Shown: positions 26,339-37,503, counted from the first letter of the stretch. The stretch: DNA of 53,198 nucleotides from Planctomycetales bacterium 4484_113 (GCA_002050035.1 MVCR01000003.1:1-53198), one strand, 5' to 3'. The notes: generated from the letters alone by a model not told the origin. Numbers and translations: made by a program.

Positions 26339-27634
26339 ATGTTGCAGGAGACGAAAGTCGTAACTGAGCTTGCCGGTACGGAGGGTTTGCGTCGGCTCGA
26401 AGTTTACGAGGCTCACGGCGGCTATGGTGCACTTCGGAAGGCACTCACGGGAATGAAGCCTCAAGAAGTCATCGACGAGGTGAAGCGTAGTGGGTTGCGT
26501 GGTAAGGGTGGTGCGGGATTCCCCGCAGGGCTCAAATGGAGCTTCGTTCCACGGGACCATCCAGGGCCCAAGTATCTCGCGGCCAATGCTGACGAAGGCG
26601 AGCCTGGCACCTTCAAGGATCGCTGGATAGTCGAGGAGAATCCGCATTTGCTGATAGAGGGTTCGATCATCGCTTCGTATGCTGCCGGTATAGACCATGC
26701 GTACGTTTACACGCGGGGCGAGTTCTTTACCGCTCGCAGGGTGCTCCTGGGGGCGATCAAAGAGGCATATGCTCGTGGCTACCTCGGAGAGAATATACTT
26801 GGGAGTGGCTACGCGCTTGAGATGACCGTTCATTCGGGGGCAGGTTCTTACGAGTGCGGTGAAGAGACCGCTCTGCTCACGTCGCTTGAGGGGGGGCGAG
26901 GTCATCCCAAATTGAAACCACCCTTTCCCGCCACACACGGCGCGTGGGGCAGACCCACGGTCATCAATAATGTCGAAACGCTGGCGACAGTGCCGTCTAT
27001 CATCAATCGAGGTGCGGACTGGTATCGCTCCTTTGGCACCGAGAAAAGTCCTGGCGTGAAGATGGTGTCTATCTCCGGGCATGTAGAGAAACCGGGCAAC
27101 TACGAGATTCCCCTGGGCACGCCTGTACGCATGATCCTTGATGACCTTGGCGGTGGGGTCTGGAAAGGACGTGAGCTGAAGGCTTTCGCGCCGGGGGGGA
27201 GCTCCACGCCGTTACTGCTTCCGGGGAATCTGGATACGCCTTACGACTACGAGTCTATTGCTGAGGCGGGCTCAATGCTTGGCTCAGGTGGCATCATCGT
27301 TTTTGATGAAACGACCGACATGGTGCGGGTGGCAGAAATCCTGACGAGATTCTATGCTTGGGAGAGCTGCGGGAAATGCACGCCTTGTCGGGAGGGCACA
27401 CGCTGGATGCTGCAGATATACGAGCGCATTCTTAACGGTGGTGGCAGGATGGAGGATCTTGATTTGCTGCTCGATATCTGTGAAGGGATCGATTCCAAGA
27501 GCTTCTGCCCGTTTGGCGATGCTGCCCTGGGAATCGTCCGCTCCACCATCCAACACTTCCGTGCCGAATACGAGAATTACATCCGCAAGCACAAAGTCTA
27601 TAAACGCAAGTTCATGCCGGTGAGGCACCATTGA
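26339..27634 (+). CDS. nuoF: NADH-quinone oxidoreductase subunit F (51 kDa, FMN/NADH-binding).
   Basis: GLRGKGGAGFPAGLKWSF. 4Fe-4S motif ESCGKCTPCREG. Confidence 0.95.
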   Translation: MLQETKVVTELAGTEGLRRLEVYEAHGGYGALRKALTGMKPQEVIDEVKRSGLRGKGGAGFPAGLKWSFVPRDHPGPKYLAANADEGEPGTFKDRWIVEENPHLLIEGSIIASYAAGIDHAYVYTRGEFFTARRVLLGAIKEAYARGYLGENILGSGYALEMTVHSGAGSYECGEETALLTSLEGGRGHPKLKPPFPATHGAWGRPTVINNVETLATVPSIINRGADWYRSFGTEKSPGVKMVSISGHVEKPGNYEIPLGTPVRMILDDLGGGVWKGRELKAFAPGGSSTPLLLPGNLDTPYDYESIAEAGSMLGSGGIIVFDETTDMVRVAEILTRFYAWESCGKCTPCREGTRWMLQIYERILNGGGRMEDLDLLLDICEGIDSKSFCPFGDAALGIVRSTIQHFRAEYENYIRKHKVYKRKFMPVRHH

Positions 27635-27635
27635 A

Positions 27636-30137
27636 ATGGTAGAAGTACCGCAGAAGCTGGTTAAGATTACGCTCGATGGGCGTGAGCTATCAGTGCCCGA
27701 GGGCATCTACTTGCTGGAAGCTGCCAGGCTGGCGGGCATTGAGATTCCGGCTTTGTGCAACCATGCTTGGCTGCAGCCGCTGGGCGCTTGCCGGATGTGC
27801 CTGGTGCGTATTGAAGGCGTTGACAAGCTGCAGACTGCCTGCTCTACGCAGGTACGGGACGGAATGGTGGTTATCACCGAAAGTGATGAGATCAAGCGCG
27901 CCCGCGAACAGATGCTGGAGTTTCATTTGCTCAACCACCCGCTGGAGTGCCCGGTTTGCGACAAGGGTGGCGAGTGCCTACTACAGGATCTGACTGAGCG
28001 CCACGGACTCTTCACAAGCCGCTATGTGGAAGAGAAGCTGGCAGGTGAGGATTCACTGCTCAACCCCTTCTTGCGCATTAGCTACAAGCGCTGCATTATG
28101 TGCCAGCGCTGCGTGCGATACTGCGAAGAAATCAGTGGTGACCATCTGGCTGTGGTGCGGGATCGCGGAGCGTGGAGCGAAATAACTGCCTCGCGCAGTT
28201 TCTCCGAGGTCCCGAGTCGGTTTAGCGGGAATCTGATTGAGCTCTGTCCCGTGGGCGCAATAACATCCATCCCATTCCGTTTCCATGGCCGCGCCTGGGA
28301 GCTTACGAAGACGCGCACGGTATGCAATCAATGTGCAGTGGGCTGCAACGTAGAGTTGCATACTCGATTGGGCAAGCTGATGCGGATTGTGCCGGCATCG
28401 GAGCCGGGAGTAGATGCTCAGCTTGATAATGGGCATCTCTGCGATCGGGGTCGTTTCGCCTACGGATGGGTGCAGTCTTCTGAGCGCCTGCATCGTCCGC
28501 TCATCAAGCGTGATGGTGAGTTTGCGCCCGCGACTTGGGACGAAGCTGAGAAACTGGTCGCGGAGAAGCTGACACGGGCAATCGATGAGTACGGCGGAGA
28601 CGCTGTAGCGGTGTTGGCCGGTAACTCCCTCACCAATGAGGAGTACATGGCTTTGCGCATCATTGCGCATCGGCACGTTGGCACCACGAATTTCTTCTTG
28701 GGTGAGGACCTGTTTGATATCTCGCGGTATCCGCTGCTGCTGTTGCATTCGTTGTTCTTTGACTCGGCGAGTTTGGCGGAGACTATGAATGGCGACCTCA
28801 TCGTGCTTGTAGGCTGCGATATTCTTGAGGAAGCGCCGGTGTTGGGGCTGAGGTTGGAGGAGGCGGTGCGGAAAGGTACGACGCTGGTTTCATTTGCTTC
28901 GTATGCTACGGAGAGCGAGCGGCGGGCATCGGTGCGCGCGCGCTATCCTGCCGGTCGCTTTGTGGACGCGGTGGAAGAGCTGATAGTTGATGTTGCATCT
29001 CCGAGTAACGATGGTAAGTACGCTGCTTTGGCGCGAAGCCTGCTGGCGGCAGATAGGGTCTCGTTGATCTACGGGCAGGAGTTGCTCTGGCATCCGCGAG
29101 CGAGTGAGCACGTGCTGGCGCTGATGAAACTGAAATACGCGGTGAAGAGTAAACGGGAGGCAGAAGGCAAGCCGATGTCGCACTTCGCGCTGAACCCGAT
29201 CTTCCGCGGCGCGAATTCGATAGGCGCGGTTGTTTTCAATCATCTTGAACTGTTAACGGGCCGCTCCGAGGAGATCAGAGATAAAGTTCGCGCATCGATG
29301 AAGAGCATATTGCAGAAGGCGGCGGAGGGCAAGGTCAAGGTGCTCTATCTCGTGGGCATCAATCCTTTGATGACTTTCCCCGATCGCAAACTGGTGCAGG
29401 ATGCAGTTGCGGGGGCTGATTTCGTGGTGGCGCAAGACCACTTCCTCCACGAGACTTCGCGAGAGGCGGATGTGGTGTTGCCCACAGCGCCTTGGCCATT
29501 CAAAGGTGGCACTTTCCTCAACTTCGAGTGGCGCTTGCAGAAGCTTAATCCGGTCGAACTGGTCGACGATACGCCAACTGATCTTGAGCTCTGGAATCGA
29601 CTTCTCATAGCGATGAGGCGAGGAAGTCACAGCACCGAGCCCAGATCTGTCTTCGACGAAATAGCACGTGTGACTCCTCCTCTTTCACATCTCACCTACG
29701 ATTCTATTCCGCCTCATGGCTCAGTGCTTGACTTCACACTGCCGCCTGAGGGGCTGGCGGATATCGGCGAGCGGGTTGCGGGTCTCAGATTGGAAGCCGG
29801 CAGGTGCGAGCCGCGAGAGGAATACCCGTTCGTGCTATTGCCGAAGACTTATCTGTTCCGCAATTCGCCTCGGTTGCGCTGTACCTCATGGATGGAGCCG
29901 GTGAGGCCTTCCAGTTGGGTCCAGATGCATCCTGCAGACAGCAAACGATTGAATCTCGAGGAGGAGCAGCCAGTGCGCGTAGAATCCCCTCATGGTTCAA
30001 TCGACCTGGAGTTGAGACTATCGAAGGACATTACTCCTGGATCCGTTTTGGTCAACAACTACTCACCAGAGCAGCCAGTGAATAGGCTTCTCGGTGTAGA
30101 TGATGACATCTTTGCGGTGAGGGTGGTACCGCGGTGA
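27636..30137 (+). CDS. nuoG: NADH-quinone oxidoreductase subunit G (75 kDa, with molybdopterin-like C-terminal domain).
   Basis: 2Fe-2S motif CNHAWLQPLGACRMC. 4Fe-4S motifs HPLECPVCDKGGEC and CIMCQRCVRYC. 833 aa. Confidence 0.95.
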   Translation: MVEVPQKLVKITLDGRELSVPEGIYLLEAARLAGIEIPALCNHAWLQPLGACRMCLVRIEGVDKLQTACSTQVRDGMVVITESDEIKRAREQMLEFHLLNHPLECPVCDKGGECLLQDLTERHGLFTSRYVEEKLAGEDSLLNPFLRISYKRCIMCQRCVRYCEEISGDHLAVVRDRGAWSEITASRSFSEVPSRFSGNLIELCPVGAITSIPFRFHGRAWELTKTRTVCNQCAVGCNVELHTRLGKLMRIVPASEPGVDAQLDNGHLCDRGRFAYGWVQSSERLHRPLIKRDGEFAPATWDEAEKLVAEKLTRAIDEYGGDAVAVLAGNSLTNEEYMALRIIAHRHVGTTNFFLGEDLFDISRYPLLLLHSLFFDSASLAETMNGDLIVLVGCDILEEAPVLGLRLEEAVRKGTTLVSFASYATESERRASVRARYPAGRFVDAVEELIVDVASPSNDGKYAALARSLLAADRVSLIYGQELLWHPRASEHVLALMKLKYAVKSKREAEGKPMSHFALNPIFRGANSIGAVVFNHLELLTGRSEEIRDKVRASMKSILQKAAEGKVKVLYLVGINPLMTFPDRKLVQDAVAGADFVVAQDHFLHETSREADVVLPTAPWPFKGGTFLNFEWRLQKLNPVELVDDTPTDLELWNRLLIAMRRGSHSTEPRSVFDEIARVTPPLSHLTYDSIPPHGSVLDFTLPPEGLADIGERVAGLRLEAGRCEPREEYPFVLLPKTYLFRNSPRLRCTSWMEPVRPSSWVQMHPADSKRLNLEEEQPVRVESPHGSIDLELRLSKDITPGSVLVNNYSPEQPVNRLLGVDDDIFAVRVVPR

Positions 30138-31114
30138 CTTTGATGGATGTCATCTGGATGCTGGCGAGAATACTCATCATCTTCGTCGTGCTGCTCACGG
30201 CGATGGCCTATACAACATATGTGGAGCGGCGTTTCCTGGCTTGGTTCCAGTGGCGTATGGGACCAAACCGTGTGGGCTGGCTGGGACTAGTGCAGCCGAT
30301 AGCAGACGGCGTGAAGCTGCTGTTCAAACAGGAGCTTATTCCACGTATGGCTGACCGATTCTTGTATCTGCTTGCGCCGGCACTTTCCTTCATCGCTGCC
30401 TTTGCCATAGTCAGTGTGATCCCCGTTACCAGACATTTCTACATCGCCGATGTGAATATCGCGCTGCTTCTGGTGCTGGCCCTATCGGCGCTGGGCACAT
30501 ACGGTGTTATCCTTGCCGGTTGGAGCAGCGGCAGCAAGTATCCCTTCCTTGGTTCTCTTCGTTCTTGCGCACAGATGATAAGTTATGAGCTCGCTCTAGC
30601 ATTGACCTGTATAGGCGTGGTGCTGCTTGCTGGTAGCTTTTCACTCCAGGCGATTACGACCCAGCAGGCGCGCATGTGGTATGTAATTCCCCAGGTTGTA
30701 GGTTTTCTGGTTTTCATGGCGGCGGCGGTAGCGGAGACTAACCGGTCGCCCTTTGACTTACCGGAGGCCGAGAACGAGCTTGTTGGTGGTTATCACACTG
30801 AATACTCATCGATGAAGTTCGCCCTGTTCTTCCTGGCAGAGTATGTTGCCATCATCAATATGAGCATGCTTGCGGCGGTGCTTTTCTTCGGTGGTTGGCA
30901 GGGACCTCTGCTGTTCGGCAGCGGTCTTGCTGGGCTCAGTGGGCTTTTCTGGTTCGTCCTCAAGACGTTCGTCATTATATTCGCGTTTATCTGGCTGCGA
31001 GCCACTCTGCCGCGCTTTCGTTATGACCAGTTGATGAAGTTCGGGTGGCTGGTTCTGTTTCCTTTGGCGCTCCTGAATGTCTTGGTGACTGCGTGGATTA
31101 AGGTCTTCGTGTGA
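30134..31114 (+). CDS. nuoH: NADH-quinone oxidoreductase subunit H.
   Basis: YVERRFLAWFQWRMGPNRVGWLGLVQPIADGVKL signature. Eight TM helices. Confidence 0.95.
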   Translation: MTLMDVIWMLARILIIFVVLLTAMAYTTYVERRFLAWFQWRMGPNRVGWLGLVQPIADGVKLLFKQELIPRMADRFLYLLAPALSFIAAFAIVSVIPVTRHFYIADVNIALLLVLALSALGTYGVILAGWSSGSKYPFLGSLRSCAQMISYELALALTCIGVVLLAGSFSLQAITTQQARMWYVIPQVVGFLVFMAAAVAETNRSPFDLPEAENELVGGYHTEYSSMKFALFFLAEYVAIINMSMLAAVLFFGGWQGPLLFGSGLAGLSGLFWFVLKTFVIIFAFIWLRATLPRFRYDQLMKFGWLVLFPLALLNVLVTAWIKVFV

Positions 31115-31126
31115 TGTGGTGAAGCC

Positions 31127-31630
31127 GTGAAGACAACGCTGATTAACAGGCTGAACCTTTGGGCATTGGGCAAGGGACTGCTCACGACTATTACTCAGTT
31201 TTTCGGGACTCGTGCGGGACCGAAACTGGTTACTGTAACTTACCCTGAGCGGCGCCTGAGACTGCATGAGCGCTTTCGTGGTTTGCATCGGCTTGAACGC
31301 TATGGTGATGGTCCCAACAAGGGACTGGAGAAATGCGTTGGCTGTGCGCTGTGCGCCGCTGCCTGCCCTGCAGACGTCATTACCGTGGTTGCAGGAGAGA
31401 ACGATCCTGAAGATCCTCACTCGCCGGCAGAGCGTTACGCTGAAGTGTATGATATGGATATCTTGCGCTGTATCTTCTGTGGAATGTGTGTAGAGGCTTG
31501 TCCCACCGGTGCTATCGTGATGAAACACGACTTCGAGTTGGCTGACGATGCTCGGGGTGGGCCGCAAGGTGGTCCCGACAAGTTCATCTACCACAAGGAA
31601 GATCTGTTGGAGCGGGAGTTTCACTGGTGA
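31127..31630 (+). CDS. nuoI: NADH-quinone oxidoreductase subunit I (2x 4Fe-4S ferredoxin).
   Basis: [12 protein letters not shown] and [12 protein letters not shown]. Confidence 0.95.
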   Translation: MKTTLINRLNLWALGKGLLTTITQFFGTRAGPKLVTVTYPERRLRLHERFRGLHRLERYGDGPNKGLEKCVGCALCAAACPADVITVVAGENDPEDPHSPAERYAEVYDMDILRCIFCGMCVEACPTGAIVMKHDFELADDARGGPQGGPDKFIYHKEDLLEREFHW

Positions 31631-32196
31631 ATGCGCTCGAACTATGGGTGTTTGTGCCGATAGGCGTGCTGGCCGTTATTGGCGCGGCAGGACTGGTCGC
31701 AGCTCGCAACCCAATTCACAGCGCCTTGTTCCTACTGCTGAACCTCTTGTCGCTCGCTGCTATATTTCTGATTCTCTGGTCGCCCCTGATGGCAGCTCTG
31801 CAGATCATCGTCTACGCAGGGGCGATTATGGTGCTGTTCATCTTCGTCATTCTGTTCTTCGTGCGACCAAGGCAGGTGCACACCATGAGTTACAGCCTGC
31901 CATTGATGTACGCGCTGGGTGCGTTACTGGCAGTTTCTGTTCTGGGGGTTGTCCTTTTCGCGCTTTACCAGGGCGGACTATTCAATCCGGCGCTTCCTGC
32001 TGCGGCACAGGTGGAGGCAGCTACAAGTATCTCCTCGCCTTCGACTCTCGGTCGGGGGCTGTTCAGCCGCTATCTCTTGCCCTTCGAGCTTACGTCGGTC
32101 TTGCTGTTGGTCGCGATGCTGGGAGCGGTAGTGATGACTAGAGGGGAACCAGGGGATGGTAGTAGCAGGGAGGATTCTGCGGAGGAGGCTGATTGA
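31627..32196 (+). CDS. nuoJ: NADH-quinone oxidoreductase subunit J.
   Basis: Hydrophobic five-TM protein with the family-typical [18 protein letters not shown] region. Confidence 0.88.
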   Translation: MNALELWVFVPIGVLAVIGAAGLVAARNPIHSALFLLLNLLSLAAIFLILWSPLMAALQIIVYAGAIMVLFIFVILFFVRPRQVHTMSYSLPLMYALGALLAVSVLGVVLFALYQGGLFNPALPAAAQVEAATSISSPSTLGRGLFSRYLLPFELTSVLLLVAMLGAVVMTRGEPGDGSSREDSAEEAD

Positions 32197-32501
32197 TGGA
32201 GCGCGTTGTCGCTTACAGCCTGATTCTCTCCGGGGTACTGTTCTCCATGGGAGTCCTGGGCGTGATGATTAGGCGGCATCCTCTGGTGATGTTCATGTGC
32301 ATCGAGCTGATGCTTAACGCCGCCAACTTGGCATTCGTGGCTTTCGCCCGGCACGTGGGTGAGGTGTCTGGACAAATCTATGCTCTGATAGTGATGGCAG
32401 TAGCGGCGGCCGAGGTGGCGGTTGGCTTGGCGATTATCGTGGCGGTATATCGACACCGTATGGATGTGGATATCGACGATGTGAGTTCCCTGAGGGGCTA
32501 G
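32193..32501 (+). CDS. nuoK: NADH-quinone oxidoreductase subunit K.
   Basis: About 100 aa, three TM helices, conserved CIELMLNAANLAFVAF. Confidence 0.9.
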   Translation: MMERVVAYSLILSGVLFSMGVLGVMIRRHPLVMFMCIELMLNAANLAFVAFARHVGEVSGQIYALIVMAVAAAEVAVGLAIIVAVYRHRMDVDIDDVSSLRG

Positions 32502-32506
32502 GCCGA

Positions 32507-34459
32507 ATGCAGTATATTCATTTGGCAATCTTGTGGCCGCTGATTGGGCTGCTGGTCAACGGCCTCTTCGGTCGGCACTTGCCGCGCAAACTCGTAGGTT
32601 TTGTCGGCTGTTTCAGCGTTTTCCTCTCCTTTATGGTTTCTCTCTACGCGTTTGTGATGTATCTGGGCTCGCAGACGTTAGGGCTGTTTGGGGAGTACGA
32701 GTACTACATCCTGCCGTGGATCGAGGTAGCAGACCTGAAGATCAACTACGGTTTCCTGGTGGATCCACTCTCGCTGTTGATGGCGCTCACCGTCTCGCTG
32801 GTGAGCTTTCTGGTGCACGTGTACTCGCTAGGTTACATGGCCGATGATGATGGGTATTCGCGCTTCTTCGCATACTTGAATCTCTTCGTCGCCATGATGC
32901 TAACGCTGGTGCTGGCTAACAACCTTGTGCTGATGTTCATCGGATGGGAGGGCGTCGGTCTTTCCTCCTACTTACTGATTGGTTTCTGGTATCGTCGGAA
33001 GGCTGCGGCGGATGCGGGAATGAAGGCGTTTGTGGTGAACCGCCTGGGGGACTTCGCCTTTCTCATTGGCATCTTTCTGACTTTCTGGTTCCTTCACAAC
33101 ATGCGCTTCACCGCTTTAAGAGCGGAGCTTTCTGGACCCACGGAATACGGCCCCTACTTATTCACAGCGATTGCCCTCTTTCTGTTCGTGGGCGCGATTG
33201 GGAAAAGTGCGCAATTTCCTTTACACGTGTGGCTTCCCGACGCCATGGAAGGTCCTACGCCGGTCTCAGCGCTTATCCACGCTGCTACGATGGTGACGGC
33301 TGGAGTCTACATGGTATGCCGTCTGAATTTCCTCTTCACTTGGTCAAGCTTCGCTCTGCTGGTCATCGCTTTCTTGGGTGGGTTCACCGCGATTTTCGCG
33401 GCCAGCATTGCGCTTGTACAGAATGATATCAAGCGTGTCTTGGCGTATTCCACCATCAGTCAGCTTGGGTATATGTTCTTGGCCGCGGGACTGGGTGCCT
33501 TCTGGATAGCCATCTTCCACCTGTTCACGCACGCTTTCTTCAAGTCGCTCTTGTTCCTTAGCGCTGGTTCTGTCATTCATGGGGTGCGTGGCGAGCAGGA
33601 TATGCGCAAGATGGGTGGGCTGGCGAGGTACATGCCACAGACCTACTGGAACTTCCTGATAGGTGCGATGGCTATTTCAGGCATTCCGCTTCTGGCTGGT
33701 TTCTTCAGCAAGGACGCTATTCTCTTCGCTGCATTCCAGGCGAAGCCGGAGTTGATTCCGTCTGCTGGGACGATTCTCTGGATTGTAGGCATCGCAACAG
33801 CGCTGTTGACTGCGTTCTATATGTTCCGCCAGGTATATATGGTTTTCTTGACGCCCCCGAGGTTTGAGGAAAGCGAGCTGCGTCCTCATGAGGTGTCCTG
33901 GGTGATGCTGGTGCCGCTGTGGCTGCTTTCCATTGGAAGCGTATTTGGGGGGTACCTGGCGCTTCCTGCGCTGTTCCGTCTGCCGAATCTGCTGGGTCCC
34001 TTCCTGCAACGGACACTTGCGCTGGGCACTGAGAAGAGCGCTGAGGAGTTGCACCGCGCTAGCGACCTTCTCCGCGAGGGCTTGTTGATGGGAGTCTCGG
34101 TGGTGCTAGTGTTAGCTGGTGTGGGACTGGCATATTATCTGTATCGCGTGCGCTGGGGCGTTACCGAGCGCTTAAAGCGCATGTTTGCGGCTCCCTATCG
34201 ATTACTGCTCAATAAGTACTATGTGGACGAGCTTTACGATGCTGCGGTGGTGACTCCTGGCCGTACGTTCGCTGCTGCCGTTGACGAGGTTGTTGATCGT
34301 GGCGTTGTTGACGGGCTGGTGAATCTGGTGGCATTCGTGGTCGGTGCGTTCGGACAGCTGCTGCGTCCGCTGCAGACCGGATTCGTCCGCAACTATGCCT
34401 GGTACGTCGGTTCGGGCGCGGTTGCGCTAGTGATCATTCTCTGGTTGGTGAGAGGATAG
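32507..34459 (+). CDS. nuoL: NADH-quinone oxidoreductase subunit L (antiporter-like).
   Basis: 650 aa. Conserved WLPDAMEGPTPVSALIHAATMVTAG motif. C-terminal long horizontal helix region. Confidence 0.93.
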   Translation: MQYIHLAILWPLIGLLVNGLFGRHLPRKLVGFVGCFSVFLSFMVSLYAFVMYLGSQTLGLFGEYEYYILPWIEVADLKINYGFLVDPLSLLMALTVSLVSFLVHVYSLGYMADDDGYSRFFAYLNLFVAMMLTLVLANNLVLMFIGWEGVGLSSYLLIGFWYRRKAAADAGMKAFVVNRLGDFAFLIGIFLTFWFLHNMRFTALRAELSGPTEYGPYLFTAIALFLFVGAIGKSAQFPLHVWLPDAMEGPTPVSALIHAATMVTAGVYMVCRLNFLFTWSSFALLVIAFLGGFTAIFAASIALVQNDIKRVLAYSTISQLGYMFLAAGLGAFWIAIFHLFTHAFFKSLLFLSAGSVIHGVRGEQDMRKMGGLARYMPQTYWNFLIGAMAISGIPLLAGFFSKDAILFAAFQAKPELIPSAGTILWIVGIATALLTAFYMFRQVYMVFLTPPRFEESELRPHEVSWVMLVPLWLLSIGSVFGGYLALPALFRLPNLLGPFLQRTLALGTEKSAEELHRASDLLREGLLMGVSVVLVLAGVGLAYYLYRVRWGVTERLKRMFAAPYRLLLNKYYVDELYDAAVVTPGRTFAAAVDEVVDRGVVDGLVNLVAFVVGAFGQLLRPLQTGFVRNYAWYVGSGAVALVIILWLVRG

Positions 34460-34460
34460 G

Positions 34461-35936
34461 ATGAAGGAATTCCTTGCAGGTGCTCCGATTCTATCAATCG
34501 TAGTATTCCTGCCGCTGGCGGGTGCCGCGATCATGGCGCTGATTCCATCCGATCGCACTCGCTTCCATAGGTGGTTCGCCCTGTGGATCTCTGTCGCCAC
34601 TTTCCTGCTTGCGCTGCTGCTGCTGCCTGGCGTCAGCAGTTTCGGTGAGTTTTCGCATCAAGAGCGGTACTTGTGGATTCCCCAGCTCGGCATCAACTAT
34701 CATCTCGGTGTTGATGGCATCTCAGTTGTTCTGCTCCTTTTCTCCTCCTTGGATCTTGTGCTGTTCTACGTGTTCTGGGAAGGCGTGCTTATCCCGATGT
34801 ACTTGCTGATCGGGATTTGGGGCAGCGGTCGACGCATTTACGCTGCGATGAAATTTGTCCTGTACACGGTGGTGGGCAGCTTCTTGATGCTTGTCGCCAT
34901 CATCGGTCTTTACGTTTACTCTTCGCATTATGGCGTGGGGACTTTCGACTTCCTGCGGCTGCGAGAAATCTCCCTTCCGGGCAATCTTCAGACTTGGTTC
35001 TTCCTTGCTTTCGGACTGGCTTTCGCCATCAAGGTGCCAATCTTCCCCTTCCACACTTGGCTTCCGGATGCACACACCGAAGCCCCGACAGCAGGCAGTG
35101 TGCTGCTGGCAGGCGTTCTTCTTAAGATGGGGACGTACGGGCTGATTCGCTTTAGCATTGGCCTTTTCCCGGAGGCAGCGGTGAGGTTTGCCCCCCTGAT
35201 GATGGGACTGGGTGTGATAGGGATTATCTACGGGGCACTGGTGTGTGTCGCGCAGCGGGATCTCAAGCGGTTAGTGGCTTATTCATCCGTTGCGCATATG
35301 GGCTTCGTGGTGTTGGGTCTGTTCGCGTTCAATGTTCAGGGCGAAGTAGGTGCGGTCATCCAGATGGTGAATCATGGCGTCTCCACCGGCGCGTTGTTCC
35401 TCCTTGTTGGAATGCTCTACGCCCGACGGCATACGCGAGAGCTTGGTGCGTTTGGGGGATTGGCTCAACCAATGCCGGTTTACTTCAACTTCTTCCTTAT
35501 CGTTATGCTTTCCAGTGTGGGGTTGCCGGCGCTGAACGGCTTCGTGGGCGAATTCCTCATTCTCATGGGAGGTATTCAGGCCGACTGGTTGCTCGGCGGT
35601 ATTGCAGTATTCGGCGTGGTGCTTGCCGCGGTGTATCTACTGTACATGTTCAAGCAGGTATTCTTCGGTCCCTGTGCCAATCCGGCGAATCGGCAGCTTC
35701 GGGATTTGAGCCTGCGTGAGGTGGCGGTACTGGTGCCACTTGTGCTCATTATCTTCTGGATTGGCTTGTTCCCGCGTCCGTGCTTGCGGGTGATAGAGCC
35801 GGCGGTGAAGAGTACGGTGCAGCGGGTGCAGCAGCACATCTACCGTACCTACGAGAGTTCGACAGGTTCTATTGGGGGAAGCCTCCTGGCGCTGGACATC
35901 CGGGCGTACTCTCTGGAGGGAGGGAGTGAAAACTAG
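34461..35936 (+). CDS. nuoM: NADH-quinone oxidoreductase subunit M.
   Basis: Antiporter-like protein. TWLPDAHTEAPTAGSVLLAGVLLKMGTYG. Confidence 0.93.
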   Translation: MKEFLAGAPILSIVVFLPLAGAAIMALIPSDRTRFHRWFALWISVATFLLALLLLPGVSSFGEFSHQERYLWIPQLGINYHLGVDGISVVLLLFSSLDLVLFYVFWEGVLIPMYLLIGIWGSGRRIYAAMKFVLYTVVGSFLMLVAIIGLYVYSSHYGVGTFDFLRLREISLPGNLQTWFFLAFGLAFAIKVPIFPFHTWLPDAHTEAPTAGSVLLAGVLLKMGTYGLIRFSIGLFPEAAVRFAPLMMGLGVIGIIYGALVCVAQRDLKRLVAYSSVAHMGFVVLGLFAFNVQGEVGAVIQMVNHGVSTGALFLLVGMLYARRHTRELGAFGGLAQPMPVYFNFFLIVMLSSVGLPALNGFVGEFLILMGGIQADWLLGGIAVFGVVLAAVYLLYMFKQVFFGPCANPANRQLRDLSLREVAVLVPLVLIIFWIGLFPRPCLRVIEPAVKSTVQRVQQHIYRTYESSTGSIGGSLLALDIRAYSLEGGSEN

Positions 35937-37433
35937 ATGCAGAACTACACGATAGTGCAGATCGGTCAGCTCACGCCCATTCTGCCTGTTGGCGTGGTAC
36001 TAGCAACCGCTCTGGTGCTCGTGCTGATTGATGCGTTCGGTTATGGTCGGCGCGGAACCACGATAGCAGGGGTGGGAATGGTCGGTGTTGCACTTTCAGC
36101 GATTGCACTGGTAGCGAGCTTTCCGGTGCATTCGGTTAGCGGGTTTGGTGGTGCGCTACGCTATGACGGCTTCTCTGCCCTGGTGGGGCTTGCGGTCTTG
36201 CTGCTCCTTTTCCTGACGCTCCTGATGTCTCCGCCGTTCCTGCGGCGAATGCGGATACGGGGTTACGAGTACTATCCACTGCTTCTGCTTTCGGCAAGTG
36301 GGATGATGTTGCTGCCGATGATGCGCGAACTGATCTCTGTCGTGGTCGGCATTGAGCTGGTTTCGATACCTCTTTACATCTTGGCAGGCTACAACCGACG
36401 GTCCGAGGAGAGTAAAGAGGCCGCATTGAAGTACTTCCTTCTAGGTGCATTCGCCAGTGCCATACTGCTCTACGGAGCTGCCTTCATCTATGGCTCGACG
36501 GGCTCGCTATGGCTGATGGGTATCGCCGACGCCATTCCCCTGTTGTCTGACCGCTGGATGCTCCTTCTGGGTCTTGGTCTGTTTCTGGTGGGGTTTGGTT
36601 TCAAGGTCGCGCTATTTCCGTTCCACGTCTGGGTGCCGGACGTCTATGAGGGCAGTCCTAGCACGGTGGTTGCTTTCATGTCGGGCGCGGTGAAACTGGC
36701 GCTGTTTGCGGTTCTGATTAAGGTCTTGCTGGGTGGTTTCGCCGATTTGGATGCTTTCTGGAAGGTCCTATTCATCTGGCTTTCGGCAGCGACGATGCTT
36801 GGAGGCAACCTGCTCGCACTCCACCAGATGAGCCTGAAGCGCTTGCTGGCGTACTCGACCATCGCTCACAGTGGATACCTAGCGCTTGGAGTTGTGGCAG
36901 CGACACCTCAGGCAACTTCAGCGATGCTTTTTTATCTTCTGGCTTACGCGGCGGCGGCGATTGGGGTATTCGCCATCATTGCTGCATTGGTTGGGCCGCA
37001 TCGCGATGATGTGGACATGGACGATGTGCGAGGGATCGCCCGTACGCAGCCGGGAGTGGCCTTTCTCGTCACGGTGATGATGCTCTCGCTGGCTGGTATT
37101 CCTCCAACGGCAGGATTCTTGGCTAAGTTCTACCTCTTCTGGGAGGTCTACCAGGCTGGATACATCGGACTGGTCATCTTTGCGATAGTGAACTCAATGA
37201 TATCGGTCTACTACTACCTGCGCGTGATAATGGCGATGTATCTCCTGCCTGCCCCTGGGGAAGAGGTGCCATCGAGCCCTGGCAGTGACGAAGCAGCAGT
37301 TGGGACTGCACGGGTGTTACCAGCGGTCGCCTGGCATCAGTATCTTGTGGGAGTGGTTTCTGTCCTCATCATCTTGGCAATGGGCGTGGTCCCCGGTTTG
37401 CTTCTTTATCTGTTGAACACCTACCACGCGTAG
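35937..37433 (+). CDS. nuoN: NADH-quinone oxidoreductase subunit N.
   Basis: Antiporter-like protein. FHVWVPDVYEGSPSTVVAFMSG. Last gene of the nuo operon. Confidence 0.92.
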   Translation: MQNYTIVQIGQLTPILPVGVVLATALVLVLIDAFGYGRRGTTIAGVGMVGVALSAIALVASFPVHSVSGFGGALRYDGFSALVGLAVLLLLFLTLLMSPPFLRRMRIRGYEYYPLLLLSASGMMLLPMMRELISVVVGIELVSIPLYILAGYNRRSEESKEAALKYFLLGAFASAILLYGAAFIYGSTGSLWLMGIADAIPLLSDRWMLLLGLGLFLVGFGFKVALFPFHVWVPDVYEGSPSTVVAFMSGAVKLALFAVLIKVLLGGFADLDAFWKVLFIWLSAATMLGGNLLALHQMSLKRLLAYSTIAHSGYLALGVVAATPQATSAMLFYLLAYAAAAIGVFAIIAALVGPHRDDVDMDDVRGIARTQPGVAFLVTVMMLSLAGIPPTAGFLAKFYLFWEVYQAGYIGLVIFAIVNSMISVYYYLRVIMAMYLLPAPGEEVPSSPGSDEAAVGTARVLPAVAWHQYLVGVVSVLIILAMGVVPGLLLYLLNTYHA

Positions 37434-37503
37434 CAGGCCGCGGGCACGGTTGAGTGCGGGCGAACTGCACAAGCTTGGCTGGGTGGCGATGAGAGCAAAG
37501 GGC

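Noticed and set aside
28053-28748. 231-aa minus-strand ORF inside nuoG, plus similar long antisense ORFs in nuoCD, nuoL, nuoM, the MCM gene (39079..40264) and the EF-G gene (51880..52734)
   Set aside because: Antisense to genes with unambiguous motif support. High-GC genomes generate long stop-free antisense frames.
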